From a virus (lineage: Duplodnaviria; Caudoviricetes), in the IMG/VR virus record IMGVR_UViG_3300032280_000659, positions 1-64,000 of that record: a stretch of DNA of 64,000 nucleotides; one strand, 5' to 3'. Shown here piece after piece: positions 21,177 through 29,862 of the stretch (position 1 is its first letter; every line of letters begins with the position of its first letter). Both the position numbers and the translations under genes were made by a program. Below the pieces are notes generated by a model. That model made no database searches and had not been told where the DNA came from. It saw only the letters and a list, made by a program, of their open reading frames with translations.

Positions 21177-21184
21177 ATACACCA
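21177..21184 (-). promoter_or_regulatory. Putative late promoter motif TGGTGTAT (also 2985-2993, 5361-5368, 8439-8446, 13497-13504, 17582-17590)
   Basis: Same T(G/A)GTGTA(T/A) motif 40-60 nt upstream of several late-module starts. Confidence 0.5.
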
Positions 21185-21529
21185 AGAGAGGGGGATTATT
21201 AGTGGGGCAAATAGTATCAAAAAATATGTGGGATTTTAAAAGAAAAGATGTTGTGCAGAGGTGTGTTGATTATAAGTTATGGGGCGATAATATGGCGGCA
21301 TAGAATAAAGAATCATTGGTCTAAAAGATTGTAGGACTCTTATGGGAAATTATAGCTTGAATCTATTAGCTTAAGAATAACTTATGGAACATGGGGGAAT
21401 TAGGCTAATAAAGTGGTCAATTTATATATGGGGTTCCTTATTTTTTCTGGACCACCCGGCCCTTTTTGAGATTTATTCTCAATACCATCGAAAAACAGAA
21501 AAACCCCCTACTTGTGGGGGAAGCTGGTA

Positions 21530-21544
21530 GCAAATGCCATGCCA
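21530..21544 (-). promoter_or_regulatory. Sigma54-type -24/-12 site
   Basis: Reverse complement TGGCATGGCATTTGC (GG-N10-GC). Confidence 0.55.
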
Positions 21545-21576
21545 TAGAAAATATTTTTTTCTCTAATTTTTTTTTC

Positions 21577-21604
21577 TTGCGTTGACGATACTATAATGTA
21601 GAAT
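21577..21604 (+). promoter_or_regulatory. First early sigma70-type promoter
   Basis: TTGCGT-N16-TAGAAT with TG just upstream of the -10, CGATA in the spacer and an upstream A/T tract. Confidence 0.6.
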
Positions 21605-21629
21605 AAGGAAAACGAAAGAGAGAATAAAA

Positions 21630-21851
21630 ATGCTTACGTCTGAAAAAGTTTTGGCTTGTGTTGAAAAGATTTTTGGCGATGAATCCCACAATGTTCGCGT
21701 GATTCAAGCCGGAAAAAACTTCAAGGTAGAAATCAAGGATATGATCCACGATGGGGCGTGGATTCGATCCGAAAATACGATGGAAGAAAAAATCAACGAT
21801 ATGTTTTACGATTATTGTCTCGAAAATGCCGATTGGATGGGCGTTTCATGA
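21630..21851 (+). CDS. Early hypothetical protein
   Basis: Promoter and purine-rich leader upstream. Confidence 0.6.
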   Translation: MLTSEKVLACVEKIFGDESHNVRVIQAGKNFKVEIKDMIHDGAWIRSENTMEEKINDMFYDYCLENADWMGVS

Positions 21852-21957
21852 TCCAAAAAATCGAGAAAGAAAACTAATTTTTTTTTCTTGACGCGACGAT
21901 AAGATAATGTATAATCGGTGAAACGAAAGACAAAGAAAGAAAGAAAAGAGAAAGAAA

Positions 21958-22278
21958 ATGATTTTTACACGTCCGAAAGCTCAAGGTGGTCAGAATGTCG
22001 TTGGTTGCAAGATTGTTTGCACCTATCAAGGTGTCAAGGATCCTGCTCCCCTCAAGATTGAGGGTACTGTCAAGAGTCAACGTAAAATTGAGGGTAAGGG
22101 TAATCTGCTGGTCATTGAGACCGTAGACGGCTTCCGTTCGATTTACTTTGAAAAGGCTCAAGACGTTATGTTCCATGTTGAACGTCCGGCTTTCAAGAAT
22201 ACTGACGATGGTTATGATGCTTGGAAAGATAATCAGATGGTCAAGTATGGTAGCCTCCCTAGTCGCCGGTATCGGTAA
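21958..22278 (+). CDS. Early hypothetical protein
   Basis: Promoter TTGACG-N16-TATAAT at 21888-21915. Confidence 0.6.
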   Translation: MIFTRPKAQGGQNVVGCKIVCTYQGVKDPAPLKIEGTVKSQRKIEGKGNLLVIETVDGFRSIYFEKAQDVMFHVERPAFKNTDDGYDAWKDNQMVKYGSLPSRRYR

Positions 22279-22526
22279 GACTAGGCCAGTCACACTAGAT
22301 ATAGCTTCTCTCGAAAGATAGGATACCATGAGAAAAATCGCTACTTTTACTCTGCAAAATGAATTGAGACTTTCGCAAGTTAGGCTTGCCAACTGTACGA
22401 ATGAGCAGATGAAACAAATGTATATGGTATACATTCGTGATCTTGCCTCTGAACTTTTGTATAGGTGGCGAAACCCCTCTATGGGTGGGTGTTCATCATA
22501 GCTCATAAGCTGCCATAGTGGCATTC

Positions 22527-22612
22527 GACGTAAACCCTTACTACCAAAGGACTTACAGCGAAAACGCGCCCGCTTTTTTGACGTAAGTGCTTATGTACCA
22601 ACGACTTACGTC
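22527..22612. repeat. Bipartite dyad element, copy 1
   Basis: TAAACCCTT-ACTACCA-AAGGACTTA / GC-rich linker / TAAGTGCTT-ATGTACC-AACGACTTA; dyads start 22531 and 22584. Confidence 0.9.
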
Positions 22613-22618
22613 GCATGA

Positions 22619-22633
22619 GCAAATATCATGCCA
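22619..22633 (-). promoter_or_regulatory. Sigma54-type -24/-12 site
   Basis: Reverse complement TGGCATGATATTTGC. Confidence 0.55.
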
Positions 22634-22728
22634 TAAAAAATATTTTTTCTCCCATATTTTTTTTTCTTGCCAATCAAGATACAGAATGTATAATGTCGAT
22701 ATAAAGAAAAAGAAAAGAGAGAACGAAA

Positions 22729-22962
22729 ATGAAGAACATGATTGTGCTGAATACGGTTGCTGAGTTGGTCGAATTGCTGAACAGCGGTTCATTGAATACG
22801 TTTGTGAACAATGTTGCTTTTGCTGGCGATCTGCTGGAAAAGGCTCGTATCAATGGACACAATCAAATTGCCATTGATGATGAATTGGGATTCATGGATG
22901 ATGGCGGTTGGATCGGTGTCGATGAAGTTGGATACGTTGTAGAAGAAATGTATCTTCCGTAG
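22729..22962 (+). CDS. Early acidic hypothetical protein
   Basis: Promoter 22667-22694 upstream. Confidence 0.6.
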   Translation: MKNMIVLNTVAELVELLNSGSLNTFVNNVAFAGDLLEKARINGHNQIAIDDELGFMDDGGWIGVDEVGYVVEEMYLP

Positions 22963-23047
22963 GAAAACCTAACCTTACGATATTGCAAGGTTGACGCTCT
23001 AAAACAATCTGATACAATCACAACACAAGAAAGAAAAGAGAAAAGCT

Positions 23048-23431
23048 ATGAAAACCAAGTATCCAATCATTGAAAATGCCAAGCGTCAAGCCCGTATGAT
23101 TTTCAAGGGTATCGCTGTCCCGATGCTCGTGGAAATTCCCGATGATAAGGTTGTGGAAGATGCCGATTACGTCTATGGCGTGAACGATCAGAAACGCTAC
23201 CTTGTGACCGAAAAGGTTATCAAGTTCAATCGTACCGCATTGAAGAATATCGGTAAGGCTCGCAAGGAAAAAGCCGATCCCCGCTATGTGGGGGGTGAGG
23301 ATACCATGATCGTTCCGGTAGGTAAGCCCGGTAGCCGTGAACGTGTGGAAGAATTGGCAAGGCAGTATGCAGCCATCGCAGCTTGTGGTGAAGAAATCAG
23401 TCCGTTCAGCTTCAAGGGAGAAGATGAATGA
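23048..23431 (+). CDS. Early hypothetical protein
   Basis: 127-aa ORF with promoter and purine-rich leader. Confidence 0.65.
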   Translation: MKTKYPIIENAKRQARMIFKGIAVPMLVEIPDDKVVEDADYVYGVNDQKRYLVTEKVIKFNRTALKNIGKARKEKADPRYVGGEDTMIVPVGKPGSRERVEELARQYAAIAACGEEISPFSFKGEDE

Positions 23432-23500
23432 ACGAATGTACACTAGTGTACGATGTTATACTAGAGACTGAACGTGTGTATAGGCGCAAACATAAAGCTT

Positions 23501-23586
23501 GACGTAAACCCTTGCTACCAAAGGACTTACGACGAGGGCGCGCCCGCATTTTTGACGTAAGTGCTTACACCACAACAACTTACGAC
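23501..23586. repeat. Bipartite dyad element, copy 2
   Basis: Dyads start 23505 and 23558. Confidence 0.9.
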
Positions 23587-23620
23587 ACGTTTCTGCTGAA
23601 TCTTACCTAGCTTAACAAGA

Positions 23621-23635
23621 GCAAATATCGTGCCA
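23621..23635 (-). promoter_or_regulatory. Sigma54-type -24/-12 site (perfect consensus)
   Basis: Reverse complement TGGCACGATATTTGC. Confidence 0.6.
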
Positions 23636-24752
23636 AAAAAGAAAAAGATTTTTCCTAATTTTTTTTTCTTGCAACGCCGATAAATATATGTAGAATAAGA
23701 GAAAGAAAGAAAGAGAGAATGAAAATGAGAAAGCCTCCAAAGATTGCGACTGTCAAGGGTAAGATTCAAGGCTATGCCTACAAGTGCGGTTTTACCTACC
23801 ATCCGAAAGAGGATGGGACTTTTGCTCTGTTCGACATTCACATGGGATACTACGTCTGCCGTGGTAGTCATGATCGGATTGTCCAGTTTGTGATGGATGA
23901 ACTGTGGGCAAAGTATTTTCGCTCACAATCGACCCCCGTATAAGAGGGGTTGACGGCGGCGGAAAAGTTTGGTATAATAGTCGAAAGAGAAAAAAATGCA
24001 AAAAATTATGGTTGGCGATGTGGTTCAAGTAGTCGATGGATATGGTAATGTCCAGCAAATTGTCGGAAAGAATATCAAGATTCAGCTTTCCGGCCGATTT
24101 GAAGGAGAATGGTATACGCTTGACCAGATCGTATCTCATGCCTATCTGAACAAAAAGAAAAGTAATTGACAGCACAAGAAAGAGAGAAAAGAATGTACGA
24201 AATTGGTGATTATGTGGTACTGAAAGAATTCGATAAACAGATTACTGGACAGATTGTTTCTTATCATTACGATGATGGAATTGTGTGGGTTGTGCGAACC
24301 GCAGGTGGTAATCTTTGGGATTGTGCAGATCACGAACTAGCTCCCGCAGTAGATGCCTACGGACATCCTTGGACTTATCGGCCCACGCATAATGATGGTT
24401 GATAATAACAGAACAAAAGAAAGAAAAAGAAAATGCACAGTTCAAAACAATACCCTTTGCACAATATTGGTGAAATTTGGTTGGTATGGTATATGCCAGA
24501 TTGGTATAATCGTGCGTACTATAATGGTAACACGCCAACCGTTCAAAATGCTCGTATCGAAATTTATCAAGGTACGGTAGTAAGTTCAAAATGGATCGAA
24601 GGTAACGATAGTAAAAAGCCTTATGGATGGCTGGTTGTGATTCAACTTGAAGATGGTTCGTATCGTTCGCTCTATGAGTGTAAGTGTCAGATGATTAGTT
24701 CGCCCAAAAATAAAACTTGGTCGCAGACTATCAAAGACGAATCAGTCGTTAG

Positions 24753-24796
24753 TCTCAGCTAACCCTACGGGTTTGGGTAGGTTGGGCATAGTCAGC
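24753..24796 (+). repeat. 44-bp polar motif, copy 1
   Basis: TCTCAGCTAACCCTACGGGTTTG-N13-TAGTCAGC. Confidence 0.75.
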
Positions 24797-25233
24797 GTAA
24801 TTCTAGGGTTCTTGACAAAACGATATCAATAGTAGATAATAGTGCAGAAAGGTGAGGTTTATGCTAGGGGATTTTATTATGGTGTGGGTATGGATGGGTG
24901 CTACTCTTTTAATTCTTAGCTTTGTCTATTTTCTCTCTATCGTAGGGGAAGTTTGGCAAAGGATAAATGAGTATGAGAATATGAAAGCTCGGGGTTATAC
25001 TCTTATGAAAAGTGATAAGGATGATGATTTTTGGGTAGGATACGGGGATTGACTACTTAAACCAAAATGGAGATACAGGGATGTATCGGTTTGATTTTAT
25101 CAGTGTGGCTTTTGGGTATATTGTTGGTATTATTCTGTATGCTAGTATGTCAAATATCATGTATATGGAGGAAAATGATGAAGATTAGTGATTATATTCT
25201 ATTAGGGGTGTGCTTTATTCTAGGTTGTGGCTT

Positions 25234-25319
25234 GACGTATCTCCTTCACCAGTAAGGACTTACGTCGAGACCGGCCGGCCCGCCGCGTCTTAAGTGCTTA
25301 TCTACCAACACTTTACGTC
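25234..25319. repeat. Bipartite dyad element, copy 3
   Basis: Dyads start 25238 and 25291. Confidence 0.85.
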
Positions 25320-25675
25320 AACTGCAAAATTTTTCATGTTTGGCATGGAATTATATTCTGGAATTTTCTAAGTTCCTGCTTGACACCGGCCGATGATAAG
25401 TGTATAATCGCAGCATCACAAGGAAACCCATAAGGAACAGGATCATGTCGAACGATTTTGATGATGTCAACCGGATTCTGATGGAAATGTCCGAGCAAAA
25501 CATTGTGGAGCCGATTGACGATCCAAGCGTGGAAGTCAATTTTTGGGATTGGGCCGAAGTTGTGGGTGCTATTGACGATTTTGTTCCAGAGGAGTATACT
25601 AATGCTTAGTGCAATTGCTTTTGTTGTGGGCTATGTTGGTTTGTTCTACATTACTACTATTGTGAGGGATTGATC

Positions 25676-25927
25676 ATGAGCTACGAATACGATGACGTTG
25701 AAGATTTTTACGGTGAGTGCATGGACACTGACCTTTCCGATTATGAGGTTGAGGATGATTCGTTTGATGATAGTATGGATGGTGATGCTGAATCTGCACT
25801 GGCTTCCGCTGGATGGGGAACCGACGAGGACTATGGTTACTATGGTGACGATGGAATAGAAGATTTTCACGCAGATGAGGCTGTCGGATTCGTTGATTAT
25901 AACGATGATGGCCCATATGATGATTGA
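25676..25927 (+). CDS. Extremely acidic small protein (DNA-mimic candidate)
   Basis: 32 D/E in 83 aa, no K or R; DGDAESALASAGWGTDEDY motif. Confidence 0.65.
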   Translation: MSYEYDDVEDFYGECMDTDLSDYEVEDDSFDDSMDGDAESALASAGWGTDEDYGYYGDDGIEDFHADEAVGFVDYNDDGPYDD

Positions 25928-25940
25928 CTAAGCCGCTCGC

Positions 25941-26024
25941 CATAAACCCTTTGTGTGTAAGCACTTAGGGCTGGCGGGGCGGGCCGAATTTACTCTAAGT
26001 CCTTATGCTGCAATACTTTACGTC
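25941..26024. repeat. Bipartite dyad element, copy 4
   Basis: Dyads start 25943 and 25996. Confidence 0.85.
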
Positions 26025-26574
26025 AACCTTACGATATTGCAAGGAAATTTTTCTGTTTGACAACTAAAGATTCGTATGCTAAAATGTCGATATAAGAGAT
26101 AGAGAAAGAGAGTGAATGATGAAAAGTGAAGAAGAAAAGCGTATCGAAGAATATAACCGATTTATGGATGAATGGGAAAAGCGTCCTAAGAATCGTGATT
26201 TGTATGGCAATAACTGCTATCGTCCCGATGAAGTGGCGTTGACTGACGAAGAGTACGAGATGTTTGGTTAGGAGTATAAAAAATGGATCCTCATTATGAA
26301 TTTTTGCTGAAAGTTATGTACCAAAAGCCTAAAAAGAAAAAGACTTCGCATGGTTCTGCTAGTCGTAATTACTATGGCGAATTGAAAAGGTTCAAAGGCT
26401 ATCGTGGCCCGTTGAAGAAAGAAGAAGAAAAGAAATGAAAACGAAAAAGAAAGAGTTGACAGCACATGAGAAAGCTGTTATACTCATGAATCGTGAGACT
26501 GATCGTGCAGTAAGTCGTGTGAAGATGTTGGAAAAGTTGTATCTTGAAACCGTGAAAGCAAAGGAAACTGTTAA

Positions 26575-26805
26575 ATGAAGTGCGTTGTTACACATACTGA
26601 TACTTTTGGTGGTGAAGCTAACTATAGTTGGGTGAATCGATACGAATTCATTCCCAAGAAGAATGCTTCCCAGCGTAGCGTTATTCGTAAGGCTAAGGCT
26701 TTGGTCGGTATGACAGCCGTCAAGTCTGAAACCTACGATTATGGTGATGGTTATACCGTTAAGCCACGCGGCTATGCTCAAATCATCTTTGTTGATTTTG
26801 AGTAA
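26575..26805 (+). CDS. Early hypothetical protein (DTFGGEANYSWV motif)
   Basis: ORF with RBS; motif seen in small phage proteins. Confidence 0.6.
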   Translation: MKCVVTHTDTFGGEANYSWVNRYEFIPKKNASQRSVIRKAKALVGMTAVKSETYDYGDGYTVKPRGYAQIIFVDFE

Positions 26806-26815
26806 ACTATCCCTC

Positions 26816-26900
26816 GTCGTAAACCCTTTGTGTTCAAGTACTTAGGGCCGACGGGGCGGGCCGACCGAGTCATAAGTCCTTATTCTGCAACACTTTACGC
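26816..26900. repeat. Bipartite dyad element, copy 5
   Basis: Dyads start 26820 and 26873. Confidence 0.85.
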
Positions 26901-26995
26901 CAATCCTTACAATTTCGTAAGATTCAAGTTTACCCCTTGCAATAGACGATAATAGATAGTAGAATACGATATAGAAGAAAGGCAAGGGTGAGAAC

Positions 26996-27259
26996 ATGAG
27001 TCCCGATGGAAGCTATAATGGTTATCAAAACTATCAAACATGGAATGTTTGCTTGTGGATTAGTAATGATGAAAATCTGTATAGTCTGGCAAAACAGTGT
27101 ACCTCTTACGAACATTTCAGAATTTTGATTCGTGAAATTTTTGAAGTGAGTCCTATCAGATTCGAAACGCCCGATTGTGTGGCCTGGAATGATAGTGGCA
27201 TCAACATGGCTGAAATGGTAGAGTATTGGGAAGAAAATTTTTCTAAAGTTACCGCTTGA
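26996..27259 (+). CDS. Conserved small phage protein (YNG..NY.TWNV.LWI.NDE family)
   Basis: Motif recurrent in aquatic phages. Confidence 0.65.
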   Translation: MSPDGSYNGYQNYQTWNVCLWISNDENLYSLAKQCTSYEHFRILIREIFEVSPIRFETPDCVAWNDSGINMAEMVEYWEENFSKVTA

Positions 27260-27329
27260 CAAATGACGATAAATAGTGTAGACTTGACGTATGGATGTTG
27301 TGATCGGTTTTCAATTTGAAAGGGTTTCT

Positions 27330-27734
27330 ATGAACGATGTGATTTTGTTTGGTTCGATTCTGTCGGCTGTTGCCGTTGCTGTTGTGGGTTTCGTCTTCTA
27401 TTCGGTCTATGGTGGATCTAAGGCTAGTTTGGCGAATGCTCAAGAGGGTCAGGTTTACAACTTTGTTTACGAACAGCCGTTGCACGGAACGCACGAGCGT
27501 TTTCTTGCTAAGGTGATCGGTAAGCAGACGTTGACTGCTGACCAGATTGCGAGACTGAATCGCAAGAGTCGGTATCGTATCAATGATCCTGAGTTCATCC
27601 GTACCAGTAATCTGGTAACGTGTCGAACTGCGGATGGTAAGGTGCGTAATTTCTATGCAGAGCGAGTGACCAAGTGCCGAAAGCCTCTCCTGGCCGGTGC
27701 TTTGTTCAAGAGCGGGTTTGCTAACCTGTTCTAA
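27330..27734 (+). CDS. Membrane-anchored hypothetical protein
   Basis: N-terminal TM helix; likely start MNDVILFG. Confidence 0.6.
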   Translation: MNDVILFGSILSAVAVAVVGFVFYSVYGGSKASLANAQEGQVYNFVYEQPLHGTHERFLAKVIGKQTLTADQIARLNRKSRYRINDPEFIRTSNLVTCRTADGKVRNFYAERVTKCRKPLLAGALFKSGFANLF

Positions 27735-27767
27735 AAACTAGCAGTCTCTGCCTACTAACTGACCAAC

Positions 27768-27852
27768 CCCTAACCCTTTGACACCAAAGGACTTAGGGCG
27801 AGGTCGGCCGCCCCGCTTCGTCGTAAGTCTTTATGCCCCAACACTTTACGAC
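27768..27852. repeat. Bipartite dyad element, copy 6
   Basis: Dyads start 27771 and 27824; -35 TTGACA at 27880. Confidence 0.85.
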
Positions 27853-27932
27853 AATCTTTTATTTTTCAAGTTTTTCCTCTTGACAGGCCGATAATAGTAG
27901 TGTAGAATACAGGGAATCAAAAGGAGAAAAAG

Positions 27933-28199
27933 ATGCTGTTTACGCCATATGCTTTGACGGATAAGGTTACTCGCAAGGTTAGTGATGAGGGTATGATCGA
28001 GTTTAGTGGGTTGTCTACTGGCGGTCGTCCTTTTTCCATAGTCACTCGACTTGACGATGCCCAGCGTTGGGTCAACGGAGAGTTGATTCAAGTTGCTTTC
28101 CCGTATCTCAATGCGGATGATCGTGAGATTCTCAAAACGGGAATTGATGCTCAGGAATGGGAAACTATGTTCGCAGGAACGCAAGAGGAGGATGAGTGA
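27933..28199 (+). CDS. Early hypothetical protein (GELIQ.AFP.L.ADDRE.LKTGI family)
   Basis: AGGAG RBS; promoter 27880-27908. Confidence 0.65.
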   Translation: MLFTPYALTDKVTRKVSDEGMIEFSGLSTGGRPFSIVTRLDDAQRWVNGELIQVAFPYLNADDREILKTGIDAQEWETMFAGTQEEDE

Positions 28200-28338
28200 T
28201 GAATACTGATACTTATATGGTGATGAAAGGCAACAAGGTTGTAGGCTATGTTCAAGCGTACAGTACCTATCATGCCTTGTGTCAGGCAGAGAAGTTGTAT
28301 GGGAAGAATTTGCTACTTGAGCGAATCTCCCAAGTTTG

Positions 28339-28382
28339 TCCTGCCTAATCCTACGGATTTGGGATAGGTGGGTATAGTCAGC
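28339..28382 (+). repeat. 44-bp polar motif, copy 2
   Basis: TCCTGCCTAATCCTACGGATTTG-N13-TAGTCAGC. Confidence 0.75.
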
Positions 28383-28657
28383 CAGTAGTCAGGGCTTGAC
28401 AAAGAGTCTTTAATAGAGTATATTGGGCAGAAAGGGAGAGAATTATGTTGACGAGTGATGAACGAGACGCTGTTTGTGATTGTGTGGCTGATTTTGCTAC
28501 TCGTTTGCTTACCGCTGCTACTATTGATGAGAAGTCTATGCACCAAGAACTAGATATTTTCTTTGAGTTTTTTTGTAAGGCTCTTGAGATTGCTGAAAGA
28601 GACGGGGCGGGTAAGTTCCGTGAGTCTATTGGGACTAGTAATAACTAAGGAGATATC

Positions 28658-28837
28658 ATGAGAATTTGTCCATGTGGGTCTGGCAAGAAAAGTTGGTGGG
28701 AAAGTGATGCTAGGGGGATTCCACTGGGTAGGGTTTGTTTGGAGTGTCTGGATAAAAAGTTGAGTAAGTATAGGCCAGAAGTGTTGACCAACTCAAATTA
28801 TGAGTGTGACGAGCCTATTGAGGCCGAAGACTACTGA
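28658..28837 (+). CDS. Small Zn-binding protein with SEC-C-like CPCGSGK motif
   Basis: Manual ORF MRICPCGSGKKSWW...CLEC...; AGGAG RBS. Confidence 0.65.
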   Translation: MRICPCGSGKKSWWESDARGIPLGRVCLECLDKKLSKYRPEVLTNSNYECDEPIEAEDY

Positions 28838-28922
28838 TCGTAAGTCCTTATCCTTAAACAACTTAGGGATAGGGCGGGCGGCCGAACTTGATGTAAGTGC
28901 TTGTGTATCATAGGGTTACGTC
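28838..28922. repeat. Bipartite dyad element, copy 7
   Basis: Dyads start 28841 and 28894. Confidence 0.85.
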
Positions 28923-28959
28923 AATACTAAAAAATTTTTGGAATTCCTATAGATAGCTC

Positions 28960-28988
28960 TTGACAAGTGACGATAATAGATGTATACT
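28960..28988 (+). promoter_or_regulatory. Strong sigma70-type promoter driving the ncRNA array
   Basis: TTGACA-N17-TATACT. Confidence 0.8.
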
Positions 28989-28996
28989 TAGCACAT

Positions 28997-29079
28997 AAGC
29001 AGATGAGGGCCGCTGGCAGAATGATATCAAAGTAGCCACGGTTAAATGGCTGTCGAGTATGGCTCAACCCTATCTGCTT
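28997..29079 (+). ncRNA. Array unit 1, structured RNA (83 nt)
   Basis: Ends pair AAGCAGAT(G)AGGG/CCCTATCTGCTT; internal GTAGCCA/TGGCTGT hairpin. Confidence 0.65.
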
Positions 29080-29093
29080 TACAATACAAAACT

Positions 29094-29229
29094 CGTGGGT
29101 CCATGCCTTGGACTAGGTTGGGTAACTCATTACGATAAGCATCGCATGTCGCGGCAGCGATGATGCTGACGGTGCCGGTTACGCACTGGATAGTAGTGCC
29201 AATCTATGGGGGATCGCGTCCTCACCACG
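29094..29229 (+). ncRNA. Array unit 2, pseudoknotted RNA family copy A (136 nt)
   Basis: CGTGG/CCACG closing stem; covaries with unit 4. Confidence 0.75.
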
Positions 29230-29237
29230 TTATAATA

Positions 29238-29341
29238 CAATGTGTAGGTTAAGCGTTAAGCAGCCAACGGTTGGCGGGAGTACTACCACAACCGTCCGTT
29301 AGACCAGCATAGGAAAGTGTGGGTAAAATCCCACCACATTG
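29238..29341 (+). ncRNA. Array unit 3, tRNA-like RNA (104 nt)
   Basis: CAATGTG/CACATTG stem abutting T-arm-like GTGGG-TAAAAT-CCCAC; ACGGTTG/CAACCGT arm. Confidence 0.6.
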
Positions 29342-29354
29342 ACAATACAAACAT

Positions 29355-29511
29355 CCGTGAGTCCGTGCCAAGGGACTAGATTGGGATAACCACTTCGATT
29401 ATAGATATACATACCGTGTTGATCACTGGTCAAAAACTGTATATCATTGCCTGTTGGGGTTATACAACGGGCTAGAAGTCCAATCTATGTGGGATTGCAT
29501 CCAGATCACGG
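29355..29511 (+). ncRNA. Array unit 4, pseudoknotted RNA family copy B (157 nt)
   Basis: CCGTGA/TCACGG closing stem; covaries with unit 2. Confidence 0.75.
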
Positions 29512-29519
29512 CCAATACA

Positions 29520-29596
29520 ATCATGCGGTGGAGAGATTTCCTTTACTATGCGTGGCCTAACAGCCTAGACGTTGCAACGCCGCATAGACGCATGAT
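29520..29596 (+). ncRNA. Array unit 5, structured RNA (77 nt)
   Basis: ATCATGCG/CGCATGAT closing stem; inner CTATGCG/CGCATAG with two small hairpins. Confidence 0.65.
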
Positions 29597-29603
29597 ACAA
29601 TAC

Positions 29604-29774
29604 AACCAGTAACCGTTACTAAGAGCCAGACCAGAGCGGGTCTTATGTGCTAGCAATGCCCGCTTTGCAGGGAGGTTTCCGTGGACGGTTTCCACTAGTG
29701 TTTACCTGGCCCAAGGGTTAAAAATATCGGGTATTAGTGGAGCATAGAACCGGATCGTCAATGGTTCGCTGGTT
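29604..29774 (+). ncRNA. Array unit 6, structured RNA (171 nt)
   Basis: AACCAGT-AACCGTT / AATGGTT-C-GCTGGTT closing stem; CAGAGCGGGT/GCCCGCTTTG and GTGGA/TCCAC hairpins. Confidence 0.65.
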
Positions 29775-29778
29775 ACAA

Positions 29779-29853
29779 ACAGGGGTCGGATAGAAACCTT
29801 AGATAAGGTAAAACCTTGAGGTTGGTTAATGCGTGATACCGGACATTATCTGT
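29779..29853 (+). ncRNA. Array unit 7, structured RNA (75 nt)
   Basis: ACAGG/TCTGT ends; AACCTTA..AGGT-AAA-ACCT..TGAGGTT hairpin. Confidence 0.5.
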
Positions 29854-29862
29854 AAAACTATC

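Noticed and set aside
25341-25355. Fourth sigma54 site on the plus strand (TGGCATGGAATTATA)
   Set aside because: Lacks the -12 GC dinucleotide.
28997-29853. Known small ribozymes (hammerhead, pistol, HDV-like/theta) in array units
   Set aside because: I could not find the conserved cores (e.g. CUGAnGA/GAAA) or the required topology by eye; needs a covariance-model search.
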